A DNA stretch of 23,640 nt, taken from assembly GCA_964502865.1 (NCBI GenBank), contig CAZCXX010000010.1, forward strand, positions 1-23,640, given 5' to 3'. Origin of the DNA: Candidatus Woesearchaeota archaeon (lineage in GTDB: Archaea; Nanobdellota; Nanobdellia; Pacearchaeales; GW2011-AR1). The notes under the pieces are model-generated. The model saw nothing but the letters and a program-made list of their open reading frames with translations, did not search any database and was not told the origin of the DNA. Shown here piece by piece: positions 1-4,891 of this stretch. Made by a program: the position numbers and the translations under genes. Each line of letters opens with the position of its first letter. Position 1 is the stretch's first letter.

Positions 1-1170
1 CATACATTTTTTGCAGGAGACAAAGCGATGAACGAACAATTAACTGAAACATATGACCTTGCAAACGATTTTTCTCTCGTCTTTGCCGCAGTTGCACGCG
101 GCAAGGACGCCCTCAAGGAGATAACACTCGTGCCTGGACGGCCGATTAAAGTGATGCTGCCTGTTAAGGTGACGAGTATTGAAGAAGCTTACCGCATTTG
201 TGGAAAGCCTGCAGCCTTAGAGCATAAATATGACGGATTTCGGATGTTGATAATGAGTGATGGGAAACACGTGACACTCTTCACGCGCAAACTTGAAAAT
301 GTGACTCAACAGTTTCCTGATGTCGTGAGCGCGGTCAAGGCGCATGTGAAGGCAAAAAAATTTATCTTTGACAGCGAAGTAGTTGGATACAATTCAGCTA
401 CGAAACAGTATATGCCGTTTGAGGCAATTAGCCAGCGGATCAAACGAAAGTATGAGATTGAGAAACTCATTCAGAAACTACCGGTCGAGATCAATGTATT
501 TGATGTTTTGTTCGTCGAAGGGGAAGTCGTATTGCAGCTTCCGTTTCGGGAGCGACGGGCGTTGCTTGAAAAATTGATCAAACCGAAGCCTTGGGTGATT
601 CGGCCTTCAACGCAGCTTGTGACGGACGATGAGGCAAAGGCGGCAGCGTTTTATGAAAGAGCACTCGCGATAGGAGAAGAAGGAATTATGGTAAAAGCAC
701 TGGACGCGCCCTATAAACAAGGACGCCGCGTCGGATACATGGTGAAACTGAAACCTGTGGTAGAAGATTTAGATGTGGTAATTGTTGGTGCAGAGTACGG
801 ATCGGGAAAGCGTGCAGGATGGCTGACGTCATATGTTGTTGCATGCAGGACTGTTGATGGCTTTGCTGAAATCGGGATGGTTTCTTCCGGACTCAAGGAG
901 AAGGAAGAAGAGGGAACCAGCTATGAAGAGATGACTCGCCTTCTGAAACCGCTTATTGTGGGCGAAGCGGGAAACAGGGTCACTGTGCAGCCAAAAATTG
1001 TTGTTTCGGTAACTTATCAGAATATTCAACCAAGTCCAAGCTACAGTTCGGGTTATGCTTTGCGGTTTCCTCGCATTACGCACTACCGTCCTGATAGAAC
1101 AACAAGTGATATCGCAACACTGGCAGACCTTGCGCGAGCGGCGCAACACAGTGAGAGAGATGAAACATGA
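1..1170 (+). CDS. lig: ATP-dependent DNA ligase, probably 5'-truncated by the window edge
   Basis: Contains the adenylation motif I EHKYDGFRM (KxDG), EGIMVK, and an OB-domain tail YALRFPRITHYRPDR. The frame is open from nt 1 (HTFFAGDKA precedes the M at 28). The first ~40 aa look like the end of a Lig1-type DNA-binding domain, so the gene likely continues upstream. The alternative start is ATG 28, with AGGAG at 14-18. Confidence 0.9.
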   Translation, partial: HTFFAGDKAMNEQLTETYDLANDFSLVFAAVARGKDALKEITLVPGRPIKVMLPVKVTSIEEAYRICGKPAALEHKYDGFRMLIMSDGKHVTLFTRKLENVTQQFPDVVSAVKAHVKAKKFIFDSEVVGYNSATKQYMPFEAISQRIKRKYEIEKLIQKLPVEINVFDVLFVEGEVVLQLPFRERRALLEKLIKPKPWVIRPSTQLVTDDEAKAAAFYERALAIGEEGIMVKALDAPYKQGRRVGYMVKLKPVVEDLDVVIVGAEYGSGKRAGWLTSYVVACRTVDGFAEIGMVSSGLKEKEEEGTSYEEMTRLLKPLIVGEAGNRVTVQPKIVVSVTYQNIQPSPSYSSGYALRFPRITHYRPDRTTSDIATLADLARAAQHSERDET

Positions 1171-1400
1171 ACTGGAAAGTTTGGATAGGGATTGCCATCG
1201 GTCTAGCGCTTCTCATAAGCGTGGGGTTGATATTGACCAGAAAAGCACAGGAAGCGTTTTCGGCACCCTCGGGCGCGGCGCATGGATGGGCGATTGGAGT
1301 ACTCATCTTTTTACTTTTAGGCATTATTGGCATCTCCCTCGTTTTTGCTTGGATTCGCCATCGTGAAGAGCGGGCAGGGGCAAGTACATACGATGGATAG
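1167..1400 (+). CDS. small membrane protein with two predicted TM helices, function unknown
   Basis: Its ATG overlaps the ligase stop codon (ATGA). It has two hydrophobic stretches, WIGIAIGLALLISVGLIL and WAIGVLIFLLLGIIGISLVFAWI. I recognise no family. Confidence 0.5.
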   Translation: MNWKVWIGIAIGLALLISVGLILTRKAQEAFSAPSGAAHGWAIGVLIFLLLGIIGISLVFAWIRHREERAGASTYDG

Positions 1401-1426
1401 GTGCGAACTTCGTCAGCGTAAGAAAG

Positions 1427-1455
1427 CTTTATAAATGAACTCCCCTTATAAATAC
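1427..1455 (+). promoter_or_regulatory. tandem TATA boxes upstream of tbp
   Basis: CTTTATAAAT lies at 1427-1436 and CTTATAAATA at 1445-1454. The second ends 24 nt before ATG 1479, which matches the spacing seen at other genes in this window. Confidence 0.6.
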
Positions 1456-1478
1456 CATAGAACATATGAGTGCGAAGA

Positions 1479-2033
1479 ATGACGACTAAATCAAATCTAA
1501 AAGTTCAAAATATTGTTGCGACGACGTCATTGGGCAAAGAGATTTCCTTAACAAAACTAGCGCGGACGCAGAGCAATACTGAATATAATCCCGAACAATT
1601 CCCTGGCTTGGTATTGCGCGTTGAGAAACCGAAATCTGCAGTGCTCGTGTTTTCTTCCGGGAATCTAGTGTGTACTGGAACAAAGAGCGTTGCACAAGTA
1701 AAAGAAGTGATACAAGCAGTCATCAAGCAAATCGCTAAGATCGGGGTCAAAGTCACGGATACTCCGAAAATCACCGTGCAAAACATTGTTGCTTCTGGAA
1801 GCATCAATTTGAGCTTAAATCTTAATGTCCTTGCGCTACAGCTTGGAAATACGGAATATGAACCTGAACAGTTTCCCGGTTTAGTCTATAAACTTGTTGA
1901 TCCTCCTGCGACTTTTTTGCTGTTTTCAAATGGAAAACTTGTTTGTACAGGTACGAAAAATAAACAGCAACTAGAAGACTCCATGGTGCAATTAACGCGT
2001 AACATTAAATCAGCATTGAAAGACAGCAAATAA
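1479..2033 (+). CDS. tbp: TATA-box binding protein
   Basis: It has the two direct TBP repeats: NIVATTSLGKEISLTKLA..EYNPEQFPGLVLRV..LVFSSGNLVCTGTKS and NIVASGSINLSLNL..EYEPEQFPGLVYKL..LLFSNGKLVCTGTKN. The ORF-track start at 1470 is GTG. ATG 1479 fits the TATA spacing better. Confidence 0.93.
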   Translation: MTTKSNLKVQNIVATTSLGKEISLTKLARTQSNTEYNPEQFPGLVLRVEKPKSAVLVFSSGNLVCTGTKSVAQVKEVIQAVIKQIAKIGVKVTDTPKITVQNIVASGSINLSLNLNVLALQLGNTEYEPEQFPGLVYKLVDPPATFLLFSNGKLVCTGTKNKQQLEDSMVQLTRNIKSALKDSK

Positions 2034-2094
2034 GTTTCTCGACGCAAAGTGAAAGTTTTTAAAGTGCATCGCCTTGTGATTTCTATGAGGTGGT

Positions 2095-2168
2095 TATAGA
2101 TAATTCCTTTGATTAGAGTAGTGTTTTTGGAATTATCTATCACGAGAATTCTGAACAAATTATTATCC
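2095..2168 (+). repeat. stem-loop repeat family 2, copy A
   Basis: The stem is 2097-2107 tagataattcc paired with 2129-2139 ggaattatcta, around a 21-nt loop. It is followed by the conserved tcacgagaattc, 7 variable nt, and attattatcc. The whole element aligns with 11575-11649 (reverse complement) and 17263-17335. Confidence 0.8.
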
Positions 2169-2212
2169 TAATCATCAGAATTCTCCATACTTGTTAGAGG
2201 GTGCACAGATAT

Positions 2213-2743
2213 ATGGTAAGCCATGCCATGCGAGCAGTATTGAAAGAGAATTTGCCTTTTTTCGTGGTGGCTGTCGCAGTGATTGGATTCATGGTTGCAT
2301 TGTTGGCAGATTTTTCTGGTCGAGCGAGTGAATGTAAGCACATGGCTAACGAAAGTGAGCAATATTTTTGTTATTTGAGCGCATCGGTCAATGAGCGTGA
2401 TGTGCGTATATGCAACAAGATTGCAGAGAGCGATGGCCGTGAGGGATGTCAAATGTATTATGCCATACAAACGCGAGATTTTGCCCCTTGCTCTCAAATT
2501 AGAGGAAGGGCGGGAAAGGAATTTTGTCATGCGAATGTTGCATTTGCAAAACGTGATATTAATCATTGTAGTGAAGTTGATCACGACTTATATCGCGATG
2601 AGTGTTACTCTCGCTTTGCAGTGCTTGAACGGAATGAGACGATTTGTATGCTGATGCATTACGATGTGGGTATTATTCAGTGCATAGAGGATGTGAAACG
2701 TGCTAGCGCACTAGAGCTACGCTCTGAGAACCTTTCATCCTAA
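2213..2743 (+). CDS. N-terminally anchored protein with five 26-residue Cys-pair repeats, function unknown
   Basis: It has one TM segment (LPFFVVAVAVIGFMVALLA). Ten Cys then follow at strictly alternating spacings of 12 and 14 residues. The ORF-track start at 2201 is GTG. ATG 2213 has GAGGGTG about 9 nt upstream. Confidence 0.6.
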   Translation: MVSHAMRAVLKENLPFFVVAVAVIGFMVALLADFSGRASECKHMANESEQYFCYLSASVNERDVRICNKIAESDGREGCQMYYAIQTRDFAPCSQIRGRAGKEFCHANVAFAKRDINHCSEVDHDLYRDECYSRFAVLERNETICMLMHYDVGIIQCIEDVKRASALELRSENLSS

Positions 2744-2802
2744 ACTTTTGCGTTTTACGCATAAAATGAGATACGACTGCTCGAAGAAAACGCAAAAGTT
2801 TA
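2741..2802 (+). terminator. 16-bp perfect inverted repeat overlapping the stop codon (hairpin, possible terminator)
   Basis: taaacttttgcgtttt (2741-2756) is the exact reverse complement of aaaacgcaaaagttta (2787-2802). The loop is 30 nt, and both arms contain T-runs. Confidence 0.4.
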
Positions 2803-2812
2803 GTCATCGGAA

Positions 2813-2826
2813 CATATTTAAATGAA
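2813..2826 (+). promoter_or_regulatory. TATA box for the 2857 gene
   Basis: The sequence is catatttaaatgaa. The core ends about 33 nt before ATG 2857, implying a short leader. Confidence 0.5.
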
Positions 2827-2856
2827 TTCGTATTCTTAATTGAAAAGAAGCTGAAT

Positions 2857-3336
2857 ATGGCTAAAAAAACTAAAATTCTTATAGACGCAAAACAAAAAAA
2901 AGCTGAAGTTCAGCCTATGAAGCGGAGTGACGTCCCTGTCGGAGCAAAAATTATTTCGGTACTTTACTACATTGGGGCAATTGCTTGTTTGCTTCTTGGT
3001 CTCTTGCTTTTTGTTGCTGCAGGGTTTGCTGATACTATTGCGAATGCCACTGCTGAATTGTCAGGACTTGGTGGCGTTATCGCCACATTAGGAGTAGTCG
3101 GAGGTGTTGTCATGATTGCTGGTGCCGCTCTTTTCTTTTTCATCGGAAGAGGATTATGGAAAGGACAAGCGTGGGCGCGCATTGTAGCAATCATCTTTGC
3201 ACTACTTGGCATTATTTCCGCCGTGAACGCTTTTGCACAAGGTGTTGTACTTGAAGGGATTTTCAACCTTATTGTTGGAGGCGTCATTGGCTGCTACCTG
3301 TTATTTGACAACGAGGTAAAAGCAGCGTTTGCATAA
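2857..3336 (+). CDS. integral membrane protein with about four TM helices, function unknown
   Basis: A Lys-rich N-terminus is followed by four Gly/Ala/Ile-rich hydrophobic segments. I recognise no family. Confidence 0.7.
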   Translation: MAKKTKILIDAKQKKAEVQPMKRSDVPVGAKIISVLYYIGAIACLLLGLLLFVAAGFADTIANATAELSGLGGVIATLGVVGGVVMIAGAALFFFIGRGLWKGQAWARIVAIIFALLGIISAVNAFAQGVVLEGIFNLIVGGVIGCYLLFDNEVKAAFA

Positions 3337-3339
3337 GCA

Positions 3340-3383
3340 GAATATTTTTATTCTTTCCTAATACCCCGCAGCTTGCTGTGGGG
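3340..3383 (+). terminator. oligo-T tract plus small hairpin between convergent genes
   Basis: A T5 run lies at 3345-3349. A hairpin follows, ccccgcag (3364-3371) paired with ctgtgggg (3376-3383), with one G:U pair and the loop cttg. Confidence 0.4.
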
Positions 3384-3446
3384 AGCTTCACTTAAAAAAT
3401 TTTGAAAGACGCGTTTGTTTACCGAATTCTTTCAGGATTGCTATGC

Positions 3447-3911
3447 TTAGAGCAACTGATCAAGAATTGTTGCATACTGATGCGGAGAGAGGTAGTATCC
3501 CTCTTTGAGAAAGTGGGTGAGGAGTGAGCGTGCTTGCTTCTTTGTAAATATCTTCTTTTTTATTGCTAGGAAAAGAAGAGAGGTTGTTCTGTAATAAGGA
3601 ATTTCCATTGCTCTTGCCGCTTTCATTGCTCTTGCGTCGTCTATAATGATATTGTCTTTCTTTTCTTTTGCCAATGAAAGAGCAGCATTTTCTCCTTTAT
3701 CTAAATCAGTAACAATTTCTTCTTTAGGATCTTCGATAATAATCCATCTTTCGCTTATTGCTTTTAGGATAGGTTGACTCCCTCCTTTTTCATTGTATAT
3801 TACTTCTTCTTTTACTTTTTGTGGAATGCTTATTTTGCCAAAAAGATCCTTTAAGAGGTTTAACTGGTTAGTTTTTGCTAGTATAATTAAAGGAGTAGAA
3901 TCTGAAATCAT
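3447..3911 (-). CDS. PIN-like nuclease toxin (DUF3368 / COG2405-type)
   Basis: It has an ISDSTPLIILAK N-terminus, a GENAALSLAKE acidic motif, and IIIDDARAMKAARAMEI. This layout is typical of DUF3368 PIN-like proteins. Its start overlaps the upstream gene's stop (AATGA). Confidence 0.75.
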   Translation of the reverse strand: MISDSTPLIILAKTNQLNLLKDLFGKISIPQKVKEEVIYNEKGGSQPILKAISERWIIIEDPKEEIVTDLDKGENAALSLAKEKKDNIIIDDARAMKAARAMEIPYYRTTSLLFLAIKKKIFTKKQARSLLTHFLKEGYYLSPHQYATILDQLL

Positions 3912-4210
3912 TTAAGCAGAGAGAGGTCTTTTTTAAGATCTTCTTCGTCATATCCTGTCCAGTTTATGTTTTTCTCTTTTGCTAGGTCTAACATCTCCCA
4001 GAGGGTGACGCCGCATTCTTTAGCAGCCCTTCCTATAGATATCTTATGGGCTGCAAGATTCTCCAAGGCATTCTTTATCTTCCATTCCTTGAGTGCTTCG
4101 GCGAGGAGGCGTCTGACTACTTCGCTTCTGTCAATTTGCCATTTCTTTTCCACTGTTTCGAGCTGGCGTAACTGTTCTTCTCGTAATCGCACCGATATTG
4201 TCTCTGTCAT
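3908..4210 (-). CDS. antitoxin, ribbon-helix-helix fused to a UPF0175 (COG2886)-like domain
   Basis: ISVRLREEQLRQLE...RSEVVRRLLAEAL is RHH-like. LAAHKISIGRAAKECGVTLWEMLDLAKEKNI is UPF0175-like. The start is set at ATG 4210 because of the TATA at 4234-4245. The ORF-track start at 4315 adds 35 low-complexity residues. Confidence 0.75.
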   Translation of the reverse strand: MTETISVRLREEQLRQLETVEKKWQIDRSEVVRRLLAEALKEWKIKNALENLAAHKISIGRAAKECGVTLWEMLDLAKEKNINWTGYDEEDLKKDLSLLK

Positions 4211-4233
4211 GTTTACATTATAATATATCGTAT

Positions 4234-4245
4234 ACTTATAAAGTT
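4234..4245 (-). promoter_or_regulatory. TATA box for the RHH/UPF0175-PIN operon
   Basis: The minus strand reads aactttataagt. The core is about 25 nt upstream of ATG 4210. Confidence 0.6.
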
Positions 4246-4322
4246 TTCTATTATGCTTCGAATTCCCAAGACTTAGAAAACCTACGAGAATTTTGAATAG
4301 AGCAGAGCTGCCCATTAGTGTA

Positions 4323-4511
4323 TTACCTTGCTTCTTTCAGATCAGAAAGGCCAAGCAGGATAAAGAGCGCACCAAGACCAACTATAAACCAGAATATGCC
4401 TCCCTTAAGCACAGTCAGCGCTGCAAGCCACCACGTCGGGTAATATGCTGCTGCGATTATTGGGGCAATCACTAAAATCAGACCGAGCAATAATTCTAGC
4501 CATTTATTCAT
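4323..4511 (-). CDS. small membrane protein with two TM helices, function unknown
   Basis: It has two hydrophobic helices. Its own TATA box lies 25 nt upstream of the ATG. Confidence 0.55.
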   Translation of the reverse strand: MNKWLELLLGLILVIAPIIAAAYYPTWWLAALTVLKGGIFWFIVGLGALFILLGLSDLKEAR

Positions 4512-4532
4512 GCATTAGTAACCGACATGTCG

Positions 4533-4544
4533 CTATTTAAAGAT
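4533..4544 (-). promoter_or_regulatory. TATA box for the 4511 gene (palindromic TTTAAA core, could fire in both directions)
   Basis: The plus strand reads ctatttaaagat. It is 25 nt from ATG 4511. Confidence 0.6.
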
Positions 4545-4605
4545 TTCTTTGCTGTAAGATGATTGTTTGTTCATTACTGACGATGAGTGGTTTAGGCCTA
4601 TTTCA

Positions 4606-4697
4606 CTATAGCAAACAACATTAATTTTCGTAGTGCTTGTGTTGTTTGCTAGATAGGAAATCACATAAAAACTACGGAAATTAAAGTGATTTCCTAT
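4606..4697 (+). other. two perfect 12-bp hairpins (H1, H2) whose loops are complementary to each other
   Basis: H1 is 4609-4620 paired with 4640-4651. H2 is 4653-4664 paired with 4686-4697. The H1 loop 4621-4634 is complementary to the H2 loop 4671-4684 at 13 of 14 positions, plus one T:G. Confidence 0.75.
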
Positions 4698-4699
4698 AA

Positions 4700-4788
4700 C
4701 TATAGCAGAAGACCTAAGTCCTTCCCCTAACATCAGGGATTGGCAAATCCTTGACGGAACGGGGAGAAACTTATGTCTTCTGCTATAG
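4700..4788 (+). repeat. hairpin repeat family 1, copy 1 (H3): candidate structured RNA or MITE-like element
   Basis: A 14-bp perfect outer stem pairs ctatagcagaagac with gtcttctgctatag. Inner helices are 4715-4719/4769-4773, 4722-4727/4761-4766, and an apical hairpin at 4733-4754. The flanks recur at 17438-17512. Confidence 0.8.
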
Positions 4789-4860
4789 CTCGCCAAGCCT
4801 GCAAACACAATTGCACGCTTTCCTGTTGTTACTTTCGGAGGGGGGGCGGAGGCACGGAAA

Positions 4861-4870
4861 TATTTAAATA
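4861..4870 (+). promoter_or_regulatory. TATA box for the LamG-domain gene
   Basis: tatttaaata ends 21 nt before ATG 4892. Confidence 0.65.
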
Positions 4871-4891
4871 TGGGCGGAGTGTAGATGATTG

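Noticed and set aside
28-1170. Minimal two-domain DNA ligase starting at ATG 28 (AGGAG at 14-18)
   Set aside because: The frame stays open to nt 1, and the first residues resemble the C-terminal helices of a Lig1-type DNA-binding domain. Truncation by the window edge is more likely. Sequence upstream of the window is needed to decide.
2168-2584. 138-aa minus-strand ORF antisense to the Cys-repeat protein gene
   Set aside because: The plus-strand frame has a TM anchor and an exact 26-residue Cys periodicity. The minus frame has neither a promoter nor any recognisable features.
4545-4860. Replication origin (inverted ORB-like repeats around AT-rich spacers)
   Set aside because: No orc1/cdc6 gene is adjacent and there is no match to the ORB or mini-ORB consensus I know. 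The G:U-only asymmetry of mismatches favours RNA. This cannot be excluded without a genome-wide skew analysis.
4545-4860. CRISPR array
   Set aside because: The repeats are inverted, not evenly spaced direct repeats with unique spacers. No cas genes are in the window.
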